Position numbers and translations under genes: made by a program
The notes under the pieces: model-generated
Seen by the model: only the letters and a program-made list of their open reading frames with translations
What the model was told of the DNA's origin: nothing
The model's database searches: none
Shown here: positions 27,357-36,934 of the stretch, in pieces
How positions within the stretch are numbered: position 1 is the stretch's first letter
How the letters are laid out: every line of letters begins with the position of its first letter
Assembly (NCBI GenBank): GCA_026417735.1
Contig: JAOACR010000009.1
Location: forward strand, 423,255-487,254
DNA length: 64,000 nucleotides
Origin: Kiritimatiellia bacterium
GTDB taxonomy: Bacteria; Verrucomicrobiota; Kiritimatiellia; PWTM01
Reading direction: 5' to 3'

Positions 27357-29504
27357 TTACTTTGACCAGGCCGGCAGGTTGCGCGGGTCCGGCATCGGTG
27401 CCCGCCGTGCGCGTTCGATCCAGGCGGCGTCGCCACACACTCCTGCGCGGGAGGGGTCGAACGGCTCGAAGCCCAGGGCGAATGCGGGCGAGTCGGGTGC
27501 AAGTGCAAAGTCGCGTGCCGCCGCATTGCGAAATTTCGGGTCGGCCACGATCGAGCCGACCTCCCGCCCAACTGCCATCCACTGGGCGAGAGTCCGGCCG
27601 GCCAGGTTGGTGACCGGTCCGGCGACACACCACCACAGGTTGCTGGCGGAGGTCCATGCGAGCCGGCCCCAACGCTCCGGCGGGTCCAGCGGCGCGCCGG
27701 TGTCCCACAGGATGATGTTCCGCTCTAAAGTCAGGCGCGTGTCCGGCACGTTCACACCGGCGGGGGGCGGGTTCCTGTCATCGATTCGGGTCACCCGAAT
27801 TTGAGCGTAGCGGCTGAAGGCGAGAATGTTGTTGCGCACCACGTTGCCACGGCCGTAGTGCTGGTGAAATGACCCGTCCTTCGTGTCGTGGACGAGATTC
27901 TTCTCGAAGAGAATGCCAGTGCTGCCCTCGTCGGTATAGAGCCCCCAGCCGCCGTAGGTGTGCGCCCAGATGTGGTGAAAGTGGTTGTGGTGCACGCGCG
28001 TGCCCTCGGAACGGCCCAACGTGTAAATGCCGCCCATATCGCTGAGCCAACCCTGGCCGATGTGGTGAACGTGGTTGTAGCCGATGTCGTTCGCCCGGGC
28101 GAAGCTGCGGCCGTAGCCCCAGACCCAGCCCACCGATATGCCGGTGTAAAAAAAGTCCCCCACGTCATTGTGCGTCACCGTGTTGGTGCCACTGTGGCCG
28201 ATCCAGATCCCACAGGCACACGGGAAATGCCGACCCCCGTGGTGGATGATGTTGTTGTGGATGACATTGCCCCACGTCTCCTCGGCCGGCGAGCGGGGAC
28301 TGATGTGGTCGCCGACCTTGACGCCGCCGCCGCCGAGGTCGGACAGCTCGCAGCGCTCGATTCGGCAACGCTGGCATCCGCGGCGGAACCAGACCCCGTG
28401 AGCTCCGGTGTGTCGCAACGTCAGGCCGATCAGCTCCACCTCGCGTGCCCCATCGGCCATCACCGCCGCTTCGATGTTGGCCGCCGCCTGGTGCGGCTCA
28501 AAACCGGAATCGGGTGTCCGGTAATCCGCGTAGAGAAGGTGCAGCCCCTCGATGCGGATCCGTTCGACCCAGCGCCCTGCGGCCGGGTCTCCCTCAAACC
28601 GCAGCAGCGTACCGGTGCGCGCCGCCCACACCTCGGCGTTCTCAGGAGTTTCGCCGGCTCGTGGTCGGTAGCAGAGCGTTCCGTTTGCCTCTACCGACCA
28701 TTCCCCCGGAGCATCGCAAGCGGTGGGCACGTTTTCAAAGTACGCGAGGCATCCTTTCGTGATCGGGTTCCATACCTTCGTTGGCCGGCCGGTGGTGATC
28801 ACCGCGCCGGCGGCCGCGTCCAGTCCCTGAACCCAGCGACGCGTGTGATCCCACTTGTGGTGCACGACCACATGCACGCGAGCCAGCGCTGCGCTGGATA
28901 GTTGCACCAGCGGCGCGAGTTCGGCGGGCGCGAACCGCAGCCGCACCGTGGAGTGGCCGCTGCGCGAGCGGTTCGTGGCGGGCGGTGTCTCCTCCGCGTC
29001 CGCCAGCAGAAAGGCGTTGCCCGCATTGGGATGGCGCGCGCGCACCGCTCGACGGCCGTTCACGTACAAATGCTCAACCGACGCGCCCACACTCGCCGGC
29101 ACCCTCAGTTGCCAGGCGCCCGTGGGCGTCGGCTGAAACCCTTTCAGCCGCACACCGCCCGCGAGCACCGGCGTCTCGCCCGGCCACGCCGCGTAGATGG
29201 TGCGGCCGTGCGGCGGCGGAGAATCCTCCGGCCGAAACACGATCGGCTCCTCCAGTGTCCACACGCCGCCGCGCAGTCCCACGCGGACCTCCGCGCGGTT
29301 CGTCGAGCTCGCCCAAAGCTCGCGCACCGCCGCCTGCGCCCGCCCGATTGTCGCAAATGGCCGCTGCGCAGTTCCCGGCCCGCGGTCATCGCCGTCCGGC
29401 GCAACGACGAAATCCCATGCCGTACCGCCCTCGCCATTCCGCACGGCGGCCACCAGCAGCACCGCCGCGATCCACCATCCTCGAGCAGACCAGCCGGTAC
29501 GCAT
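27357..29504 (-). CDS. Secreted right-handed parallel beta-helix protein (GH141-like glycan enzyme)
   Basis: ATG 29504 with signal peptide; VAPDGDD..PGT..RPFAT, YTGISVGW, LSDMGGIYTLG, YGGWGLYTDEGS. Confidence 0.85.
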   Translation of the reverse strand: MRTGWSARGWWIAAVLLVAAVRNGEGGTAWDFVVAPDGDDRGPGTAQRPFATIGRAQAAVRELWASSTNRAEVRVGLRGGVWTLEEPIVFRPEDSPPPHGRTIYAAWPGETPVLAGGVRLKGFQPTPTGAWQLRVPASVGASVEHLYVNGRRAVRARHPNAGNAFLLADAEETPPATNRSRSGHSTVRLRFAPAELAPLVQLSSAALARVHVVVHHKWDHTRRWVQGLDAAAGAVITTGRPTKVWNPITKGCLAYFENVPTACDAPGEWSVEANGTLCYRPRAGETPENAEVWAARTGTLLRFEGDPAAGRWVERIRIEGLHLLYADYRTPDSGFEPHQAAANIEAAVMADGAREVELIGLTLRHTGAHGVWFRRGCQRCRIERCELSDLGGGGVKVGDHISPRSPAEETWGNVIHNNIIHHGGRHFPCACGIWIGHSGTNTVTHNDVGDFFYTGISVGWVWGYGRSFARANDIGYNHVHHIGQGWLSDMGGIYTLGRSEGTRVHHNHFHHIWAHTYGGWGLYTDEGSTGILFEKNLVHDTKDGSFHQHYGRGNVVRNNILAFSRYAQIRVTRIDDRNPPPAGVNVPDTRLTLERNIILWDTGAPLDPPERWGRLAWTSASNLWWCVAGPVTNLAGRTLAQWMAVGREVGSIVADPKFRNAAARDFALAPDSPAFALGFEPFDPSRAGVCGDAAWIERARRAPMPDPRNLPAWSK

Positions 29505-29554
29505 CTTATACCTGCCTCTCCACCGCACCCGCGGACCACCGCGCAAGCCACCCC

Positions 29555-30853
29555 TCACGGTGAAAGGTCAAAGACCTTCCCGTCAAGGATGATCATCTCA
29601 GGTTTCGCGTGCAGCCGCCATCCCGCAAACGGCGTGTTGCGGCTCCGCGATCGGAACCGCGCTGGCACCACCGTCCACTCCGTATTCAACGAAATCACCA
29701 CCGCGTGCGCCGGCGCGCCGGGCGCCAGCGACGGCGGCGCTCGGCGAAGCACCGCCGCCGGGCCGCACGTCCATCGCCGCACCCACTCCAGCGGGCTCAT
29801 CCCCAGGCCGAGCACCAGCACTTCCCAGGTCACGCCGATCGCGGTCTCAAGCCCGATCACGCCGAACGGCGCGGTCAGAAACCCTTTCGCCTTCGCAGCC
29901 GCCGGATGGGGCGCGTGATCGGTCGCCAGGCAGGTGACGACGCCCTCCAGCACCGCCGAACGCAGCGCCGCGCGGTCGCGCTCGGAGCGCAGCGGAGGGT
30001 TCATTTTGTAGTTCGCGTCGTCGCCGGGAATATCGTCCTCGCACAGCGCCAAATGGTGGGGCGTTACTTCCGCAGTGACGGGCAAACCTTCCGCCCGGGC
30101 TCGCCGCAACGCCTCCACACCGCCGGCGGTGGAAAGATGCTGCACGTGCAGCCGACAGCCCGTTGCCCGAACCAGCCGGATGTCGCGCTCGACAACGCTG
30201 ATCTCCGCTTCCGCCGGGATCGCTGGCACGCCGAGCCGCCGCGCGGCACCCTCCCCCGCAACCCCGAGCCTCTCCCGGGCGTGGTCCTGCGCGTGGTCGA
30301 GCACAACCGATCCGATCGCGGCGACGCGGCGCATTGCGGCCTCCATCACATCGTCTCGACTGACTGTCGAGCCATCATCGGTGAACGCGACCGCGCCGGC
30401 CTCCACGAGCGCCTCGATCTCGGCGACCTCGCCACCGGCTCGGCTGCGCGTCAGACACGCAGCCGGCCACAACTGCGGGCCACCCACCCGTTCCGCGGTC
30501 TCGATCAGCCGCCGGACCAGCGCGGGGGAGTCCACCGGCGGCGAGGTGTTCGGCATCGAGACCACCGCACCGAAGCCTCCCGCCGCGGCCGCCCACAGGC
30601 CCGACCGGATCGTTTCAGCCTCCTCCATGCCCGGCTCGCGCAAATGCACATGCAGATCAATAAAGGCGGGCGCTATGATCCTCCCGCTCACGTCCAGCAC
30701 GTTCGCAGACCGGGCCGCCCTGTCCCCCGCAGGCACGAAGTGCCGGTCCGCAATCGCTAGCTCATCGATGCGGTCCGTGCCGCTGGCGGGATCCAGCAGC
30801 CGGCCGCCCACAAGACGCCATGCGGCGCCGGTCGGTTTGCGCGGCAGGTTCAC
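29555..30853 (-). CDS. pyrC: Dihydroorotase (type I)
   Basis: DLHVHLREPG, MPNT, EVTPHHL, KMNPPLR, ATDHAPH, SRNTPF. Confidence 0.95.
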   Translation of the reverse strand: MNLPRKPTGAAWRLVGGRLLDPASGTDRIDELAIADRHFVPAGDRAARSANVLDVSGRIIAPAFIDLHVHLREPGMEEAETIRSGLWAAAAGGFGAVVSMPNTSPPVDSPALVRRLIETAERVGGPQLWPAACLTRSRAGGEVAEIEALVEAGAVAFTDDGSTVSRDDVMEAAMRRVAAIGSVVLDHAQDHARERLGVAGEGAARRLGVPAIPAEAEISVVERDIRLVRATGCRLHVQHLSTAGGVEALRRARAEGLPVTAEVTPHHLALCEDDIPGDDANYKMNPPLRSERDRAALRSAVLEGVVTCLATDHAPHPAAAKAKGFLTAPFGVIGLETAIGVTWEVLVLGLGMSPLEWVRRWTCGPAAVLRRAPPSLAPGAPAHAVVISLNTEWTVVPARFRSRSRNTPFAGWRLHAKPEMIILDGKVFDLSP

Positions 30854-31128
30854 GCCTCACCGATCGAGAAGATGCGCTCCAGATCATGGCGGGACCAGGC
30901 GCGAAACGCGATCAGCGTCTGCGTGCGCACGATGCCGGACACCCGGCCGATCGGGTCGGCGACCAGGTCCGCAAGCTCCTCGTTGCGCCGCACCCTCAAC
31001 ATCGCAACCAGATCGAACGCGCCCGCCACCGACTACACTTCCGCAACGCCCGGCAGCGCGGCAAGCGTCTCCGCGCACGATCGGATCTGCGAACGCTCTG
31101 CATTGATCAGGACGATGGCGGTGACCAT
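30850..31128 (-). pseudogene. Stand-alone Lrp/AsnC ligand-binding-domain protein interrupted by an in-frame TAG (31033-31035)
   Basis: RBS AGAGGAG, then MVTAIVLINAERSQIRSCAETLAALPGVAEV*SVAGAFDLVAMLRVRRNEELADLVADPIGRVSGIVRTQTLIAFRAWSRHDLERIFSIGEA; the final stop overlaps the pyrC start (GTGA). Confidence 0.85.
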
Positions 31129-31205
31129 GTTGTCTCCTCTCGAGCCGGTCCGAACATTGACGTGCCAGCCCCTGAAGTCTAGCATGCGCGCGGGAGCGAG
31201 CGAAC

Positions 31206-33839
31206 ATGCCCAGTGCTCGTCTTTCTTGCCTGATATTCTTGATGTTGGCCGCGCTCTCGTCGGCGGCGGACCCCACCCTCTATGTGGCCCCCGACGGGCG
31301 CGATGACCGCTCCGGCCGTTCACCCGCCGAGGCGGTTGCGACGCCGGCGCGCGCCCTCGAACTGGCGCGCGCGCTGCGCGCCGCGGAGCCCGATCGCGCC
31401 ACGCCGCTCGTGATCGCCATCGCGGAGGGCCTCTACGAGCTGCCCGCGCCGTTGGAGCTGAGCCCGGCCGACTCAGGTACCGCCGCCGCGCCGCTGGTGA
31501 TTGAGGCTGCGCCCGGTGGCCGGCCAGTGCTGAGCGGCGGCCGGCGACTGGTCAGCTGGAACGTGCTCTCCAACGGTTGGTGGCAGCTCGACGTTCGGCC
31601 GCTGCGGCCATTCGCACAGCTGTACGTCAACGGACAACGCCGGTTCCGCCCCGCGCTGCCGCGCGGCGGGTATTTTCACCTCGCCGCGCAAGCGCCTGAA
31701 GGGCAGCTCTCCACAGCCATTCCTTTTCGTCAAGATCAGGTGCGGCCGGAATGGATCGGTCCCGGCGTCGAGGTGTTGCTGTTCCATGTGCCGTTCAATT
31801 GGAGCGCCTCCCGGCTACCAGTGGTCGGCGTGGAGGCGGAGGGACACTGGCTCACCACGACCGGCCGGATGTGGACCTCCGCAGCGCCGGGCAGTCGGTA
31901 TCGGCTCGACAACGTGCAGGCCGCGCTCGGCGAGCCCGGCGACTGGTTCTACGACCCTCAGACCAGCGCGCTCACGTACGTGCCGCTGGTTGGCGAATCG
32001 CCGGCAACCACCGTCGCGGTCGTGCCGCAGCTCCCAGTCCTGCTGAAACTCCGGGGCGACCCCGCTGGCCGGCCGGTGGAACACGTGGTGATCCGGGGGC
32101 TCACCTTTGCACACTCATCGTGGACGCTGCCCGCGGACGGTTACTCCTTCTGCCAGGCCGAGGCGATCTGTGACGCGGCACTGCAGCTCAGCGATGCGCG
32201 GGAAGTCGTGATCGAACGCTGCGATTTTCGTCACCTTGGGGGCTACGCGATCGAGGCGGGCGACGGCTGCGCCGATGTGGTTATTCGCGACTGCGACATG
32301 ACCGACCTGGGCGCTGGTGGCGTCAAACTTGGCACGATCCGACCGGAGCGGCCGGCCAACCGTTGCGTGGTCCGCAACTGCCGAATCGAGGGGGGCGGCC
32401 GCGTGCATCCGGCCGCGGTCGGTGTCTTCATCGGCCACTCGGCCAGCAACATTGTTGAGCACAACGAAATTTCGGACTTCTACTACACCGGCATTTCGCT
32501 CGGGTGGACCTGGAGCACCAACGCAAATCCGGCACATCACAACCGCATCGCGATGAACCACATCTTCCAGATCGGGCAGGGTGTGCTGAGCGACATGGGC
32601 GGCATCTACACGCTCGGCCGCCAGCCGGGAACGGTGCTGGTCGGCAACCGGATCCATGACGTGTCGCGAGACCGGTACGGCGGTTGGGGCATCTACCTGG
32701 ACGAAGGCAGCTCGCAGATGCTGGTCGAGAGTAACCTCGCCTATCGCACGCAGGACGCGCCGTTCCACACGCACGCGGCGCGGGAGAACCGGCTGATCGC
32801 GAACGTCTTCGCGCTCGGCACCAACGCGGCGATGCAGTTTTCCAACAAGCCGCGGCTGGGCCCCTTTGAACTGCGTCGGAACGTCTGGCTTGCGCTGGTC
32901 CCGCGGCTGGTCGAGCGGGACCATGAGCCGAAGGATGATGTTCTTTTCGAACGCAATCTCTACTGGTGCGCGGCCGGCGCGGTGGAGTTTCCCGGGGGTC
33001 TGGATCTGGCGCGCTGGCGCGCCCGTGAGCCGGACGCGGAGGTCAACGATCCCGGCTTCTGCAACCCGGTGGCCGACGACTACTCGTTTGCGCCCAACTC
33101 ACCGGCCGCCGCGCGGATCGGGCCTGAACCGCCCTGGCGCCGGGCGGGACTGCTCCAGCCACGCCCGCGGCCCGCACTGCCGCCGGTGCCGCGCGCATTT
33201 CCGCCCGCCCACGTCTCGCCGCCGCCGCCACTGTCGCTCCGGGAAGGTTTTGAGCGCTTGACGGTGGGCCAGCCGTGGTTCGGCATGATTGCCAGCTCCG
33301 CCTCCCCCCGAGAGTCCGCACTCATCACCGAGGAAACCGCCGCCGCCGGCCGCCGCAGCCTCGAGTTCCGCGACGGCCCCTCCACAGCGCCGGGCCGCGA
33401 GTATGATCCGCACCTTCACCTGATGGTGCAGGGCTACTCGAACGGCGTCGTGCAGGCCGGCATGGACCTGCGATGGGACAACGGCGCGATGCCGATGTTC
33501 GAGCTGCGCGACGCGTTGCCGCGCTATCGCGAAGGCCCCTATGTGCTGATCCACCGCGACGGCACCGTCGAATCGGGCGGCTCGAATCTGTTCACCGTCG
33601 CCGCCGGCGAATGGGTGCGGTACGACGTGTTCGTGCCGGTCGGGTCGCGACGCACCGGCACCTATCGCCTCGAAGTCCGCCGCAGCGGCGCCGGCGCGCC
33701 GCAGGTGTATGATGCGCTCCCGATCGCCGACTCATTCCAGGCAGTCCACTGGTTCGGCATCATCGCGCACGGCACGAATGAATGCCGGTTCTTTGTCGAC
33801 AACGTCACGCTCTGCATTGAGCCACCCGGCGAGCGCTAA
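31206..33839 (+). CDS. Secreted beta-helix protein (paralog of 27357-29504) with an extra C-terminal beta-sandwich domain
   Basis: Signal peptide, YVAPDGRD, YYTGISLGW, LSDMGGIYTLG, YGGWGIYLDEGS; Pro-rich linker then a ~200-aa domain. Confidence 0.87.
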   Translation: MPSARLSCLIFLMLAALSSAADPTLYVAPDGRDDRSGRSPAEAVATPARALELARALRAAEPDRATPLVIAIAEGLYELPAPLELSPADSGTAAAPLVIEAAPGGRPVLSGGRRLVSWNVLSNGWWQLDVRPLRPFAQLYVNGQRRFRPALPRGGYFHLAAQAPEGQLSTAIPFRQDQVRPEWIGPGVEVLLFHVPFNWSASRLPVVGVEAEGHWLTTTGRMWTSAAPGSRYRLDNVQAALGEPGDWFYDPQTSALTYVPLVGESPATTVAVVPQLPVLLKLRGDPAGRPVEHVVIRGLTFAHSSWTLPADGYSFCQAEAICDAALQLSDAREVVIERCDFRHLGGYAIEAGDGCADVVIRDCDMTDLGAGGVKLGTIRPERPANRCVVRNCRIEGGGRVHPAAVGVFIGHSASNIVEHNEISDFYYTGISLGWTWSTNANPAHHNRIAMNHIFQIGQGVLSDMGGIYTLGRQPGTVLVGNRIHDVSRDRYGGWGIYLDEGSSQMLVESNLAYRTQDAPFHTHAARENRLIANVFALGTNAAMQFSNKPRLGPFELRRNVWLALVPRLVERDHEPKDDVLFERNLYWCAAGAVEFPGGLDLARWRAREPDAEVNDPGFCNPVADDYSFAPNSPAAARIGPEPPWRRAGLLQPRPRPALPPVPRAFPPAHVSPPPPLSLREGFERLTVGQPWFGMIASSASPRESALITEETAAAGRRSLEFRDGPSTAPGREYDPHLHLMVQGYSNGVVQAGMDLRWDNGAMPMFELRDALPRYREGPYVLIHRDGTVESGGSNLFTVAAGEWVRYDVFVPVGSRRTGTYRLEVRRSGAGAPQVYDALPIADSFQAVHWFGIIAHGTNECRFFVDNVTLCIEPPGER

Positions 33840-33867
33840 CCGTCTCCAGCGCCGCAGGACCCCATCG

Positions 33868-34391
33868 CGATGCGGAACGCGAGCAGCTCCGTAGCCACGT
33901 CGGTCACATTGTCGAGGCGCATTAGTTTCGCGGGCGGTTCTCCGCGGACCAGATGGCCTGGGCAAATCAATGACAGGAAGCAGGCCGCCTTCGATGACGT
34001 GCTGATGCTCGCCGGCCTTGTCCAACACTCTTTGCCGGTGCCCGGTGTCCGAGACCAGCCCGGAGAGATGGGCGCCGACGTATCGCTCTCGCTGGAAGCG
34101 TTCGATCTGGCCGTTCATGGCCGCGACGAGGTGGAGACGTTTGTGGTTTGCGGCTCCGATGACCTGCGGCTGTTGCGCAAACTCACGGCGATCGGGATGC
34201 GATGGGTACTCGTCGGCGAACACTATCAGCACGAGTTGATCGACGCGCAGGAGGAGCGGCGCCGCAAGGAGACACGCACCTCGCAGGTGCTGATCCAGGC
34301 GGCTGCCGATCCGCTGGCGACGAGCGAGCGGATTGAGCGCGGTTGGAAAAAGTTCCACCCGCTCGTCGAGGGCCTGTTCGTCCCCCACTGA
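33868..34391 (+). pseudogene. Decayed NYN (LabA/DUF88, PIN-like) domain gene
   Basis: HIVEAH*FRGRFSA in one frame, then a frameshift to AFDDVLM...EMGADVSLSLEAFDLAV...CGSDD..LLRKL..IG...KETRTSQVL. The N-terminus is missing and the EKGxD/DGD motifs are eroded. Confidence 0.65.
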
Positions 34392-34446
34392 GCTCCCGCA
34401 GTGGTTGGGGCGGCCGGCGCGAGGGGCTATACTGCGCCGTCCTTCG

Positions 34447-35961
34447 ATGGGCCGCTCTGCTCCAGCTTGGTCGACTTCTGCCGGTTGGTCGCATTCGCTC
34501 GCGGTGCTCTGGGGATCGTTCGGTTTTGTCGCGCTGCGGTTTCTGCTGACGCCGGTCCGAATCAAGCTGTTGACCAATCTGCTGGCGAGGCAGGTGTACG
34601 GCAGCCTCATGCTGATCAGCACCACCGTCGCGTTCGGGGCGCTGGCGCTCTCGTTCGGCGCCTTTGAGTTTGTGCTGCGCCGGCTGCCGGGGCGGCCGCG
34701 CGCGGAACAGGGGGAGCTGCTGGTGTCGGTGCTGTCGGGTCTGGCCGCGATAGGTGCGGTCGTCGTGCCGGTTGGCACATGGGCACTGATGCGCTGGCCA
34801 CCGCGAAAGCTCTCGCCCGAGATCGCCGCCAGCGCGCTGGCCCCGCCGTTGCTGGTGGCCGCGTTGCTGCTGCTGCTCGGTTGTGTGTTCGCGCTGTTGG
34901 CCACCCGCCGCTACGGCGCGGCGCGCTGGCTGCAGATTTTGGCTTCGGATCTGTGGTTCCTGCCCGTCGCGCTGCTGGCGGCGGCGGGTCGCGCGGGCCC
35001 GCGCGAGGTGATGTGGGCGTGGGTGCTGTGGGTATGGGCGGCCACCGGCGCCGCGTTGGTGCTCTGCGCACCGCTGGTCCTGCGTACAGGCGCGAGGGTG
35101 TCGGCCGAGCGTCTTCGCGAGTGGTTGGCGTTCGGTCTGCCGCTGATGCCGATGGTGCTGGGTGATTGGCTTTTTCGACTCGTGGACCAGTACGTGCTGC
35201 TCGCGGTCCGCGACGCGCACACGCTGGCCGCGTACGCGCTGGCGGTGAACATCGCGATGGTGGGCTACTTCGCGGGCACCGCAGCGCTGGATCTGCTGAT
35301 CGCGGAGTTTCACCGGCGCCGGAACATAGCGCCCGATCCCGCCGCTCCGCCGTCCGCAGAGCTGCGCGAGGTCGTCGCCGCCATGGTGCGCACCGCGCTG
35401 GTGATCGGCATCGCGACCGCCGCGGTGTTGCTGGGCGCGGGCGACGCTCTGGTTCGAGTGCTCAGCTCCGCCGCTTACGACGATGCGGCGGCGTTGCTGC
35501 AATGGACCGCACTGATGCCGCTTGCGTTCATGCTGGTGTTGATTGCGGCCCGGCTCCAGGCCGCACTGGGCCGGTCACGGTGGGTGGGCGTGTGGACGCT
35601 CGCCGCGGCCGCGCTCGCATTCGGGCTGAACCTCGCGTTGACGCCGCGGTGGGGCGGTGCAGGCGCCGCCGCAGCAACCACGCTGGCGCTCGTGGTGCTC
35701 GCGGCCGTGCTCGGCGGTCCGCTCTGCGCTCATGGCTGGCTTGATCCCGTCGCGCTGCGGCCGGGCCGGGTCGGCGCCGCGGCACTCGTGTCGGCGGTTG
35801 CGCTCGCCACCTGGCAGCTGGCCCGCATCGCCACCGGACCGGCGGTCCAGCTCCTGGTCGCCGCCACCATCGCCGCGGGCGCACCCCTGGCCACCGGCGC
35901 GCTGCGCCGCGCCGATCTTGCCCTCCTGGCCGGCGCCCCCGAGAATCGCGGCCATGAATGA
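34447..35961 (+). CDS. Wzx-like oligosaccharide flippase (MOP superfamily)
   Basis: About 14 TM helices; 'LLARQVYG', 'FGLPLMP', 'DQYVL...AAYALA', 'PRWGGAGAAAAT'. Confidence 0.82.
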   Translation: MGRSAPAWSTSAGWSHSLAVLWGSFGFVALRFLLTPVRIKLLTNLLARQVYGSLMLISTTVAFGALALSFGAFEFVLRRLPGRPRAEQGELLVSVLSGLAAIGAVVVPVGTWALMRWPPRKLSPEIAASALAPPLLVAALLLLLGCVFALLATRRYGAARWLQILASDLWFLPVALLAAAGRAGPREVMWAWVLWVWAATGAALVLCAPLVLRTGARVSAERLREWLAFGLPLMPMVLGDWLFRLVDQYVLLAVRDAHTLAAYALAVNIAMVGYFAGTAALDLLIAEFHRRRNIAPDPAAPPSAELREVVAAMVRTALVIGIATAAVLLGAGDALVRVLSSAAYDDAAALLQWTALMPLAFMLVLIAARLQAALGRSRWVGVWTLAAAALAFGLNLALTPRWGGAGAAAATTLALVVLAAVLGGPLCAHGWLDPVALRPGRVGAAALVSAVALATWQLARIATGPAVQLLVAATIAAGAPLATGALRRADLALLAGAPENRGHE

Positions 35962-36934
35962 CGCCGCGGTCCGCGCTGACGTCGTCGCCGTCGTGCTCGG
36001 CTACAATCACCCCGACGACACCATCGAATGCCTCGCGAGCCTGGACGCGTCCCGGCCGCTCCGACCCGCCCTGCTCTATGTGGACAACGGCAGCGAGCTG
36101 GCCGCCTGTCGGCGCGTGATGGAGGCTGCGCAAACGGCGCGGGTGCTGCGGCTGAGCCCGAATGCGGGCGTCGGGCGCGGCTTCAACGCGGGACTGCGGG
36201 ACGCGCTCGCGCGCGGCGCACGATACGTGCTGCTCGTCAACAACGATGTGGTCGCCGCGCCGGATATGGTCGCACGGCTCGTTGCCGCGGCGGAGGCGGC
36301 GGCGCGCGCCGGCATCGTCGTGCCGAAAATTTTCTATCACGCTGCGCCGCGTCGCGTCTGGTCAGCCGGTTCGTGGTATCGACGGTGGCCACCCACGATC
36401 GTATTGCGGCGCACACGCGGGGACGACGACGGCGCGCTGGACGACGTCCGGGATCTCGAGTTCGCCACCTTTTGCGTCGCCCTGTTCCGCCGGGAGCTCT
36501 TCGAGGAGGTGGGCCTGCTCGACACGGACTTTCATGTGTTCCAGGAGGACTACGACCTCTGCCTCCGCGCCCGAGCGGCGGGGTGGTCCGTCCGCTACGA
36601 GCCCGCCGCGCACGTCTGGCACAAGGTCTCGCTCTCCACCCGCACCGGCTCGCGCAACCCCGAATCTTGGCGACTGTACGGCCGCAGCGAGGCGCTCTTC
36701 GCACGGAAGCACCCGGACTGGCCGTGGCTGACCGGGCCGGTGCATCGCGCCTACGTCACGCTGCGCATTCTGGCGGAGCGCAAGCCCTGGGGGCTTCGGC
36801 CCTTTCTGCAGGGCTACCGCGAAGGCCTGCGCGCGCCGCTGAATCCCCCTCCTCGCCCCGGTGACCCCCCAGAGGACGTCCCCGAAGTTCTTCGAACAGG
36901 AAACCGGAACGGCGAACCAGCAGATCCAGCATGA
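35954..36934 (+). CDS. Glycosyltransferase family 2
   Basis: VVLGYN, VDNGS, NAGVGRGFNAG, LVNND, EDYDLCLRA, VWHKVS. Confidence 0.92.
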   Translation: MNDAAVRADVVAVVLGYNHPDDTIECLASLDASRPLRPALLYVDNGSELAACRRVMEAAQTARVLRLSPNAGVGRGFNAGLRDALARGARYVLLVNNDVVAAPDMVARLVAAAEAAARAGIVVPKIFYHAAPRRVWSAGSWYRRWPPTIVLRRTRGDDDGALDDVRDLEFATFCVALFRRELFEEVGLLDTDFHVFQEDYDLCLRARAAGWSVRYEPAAHVWHKVSLSTRTGSRNPESWRLYGRSEALFARKHPDWPWLTGPVHRAYVTLRILAERKPWGLRPFLQGYREGLRAPLNPPPRPGDPPEDVPEVLRTGNRNGEPADPA

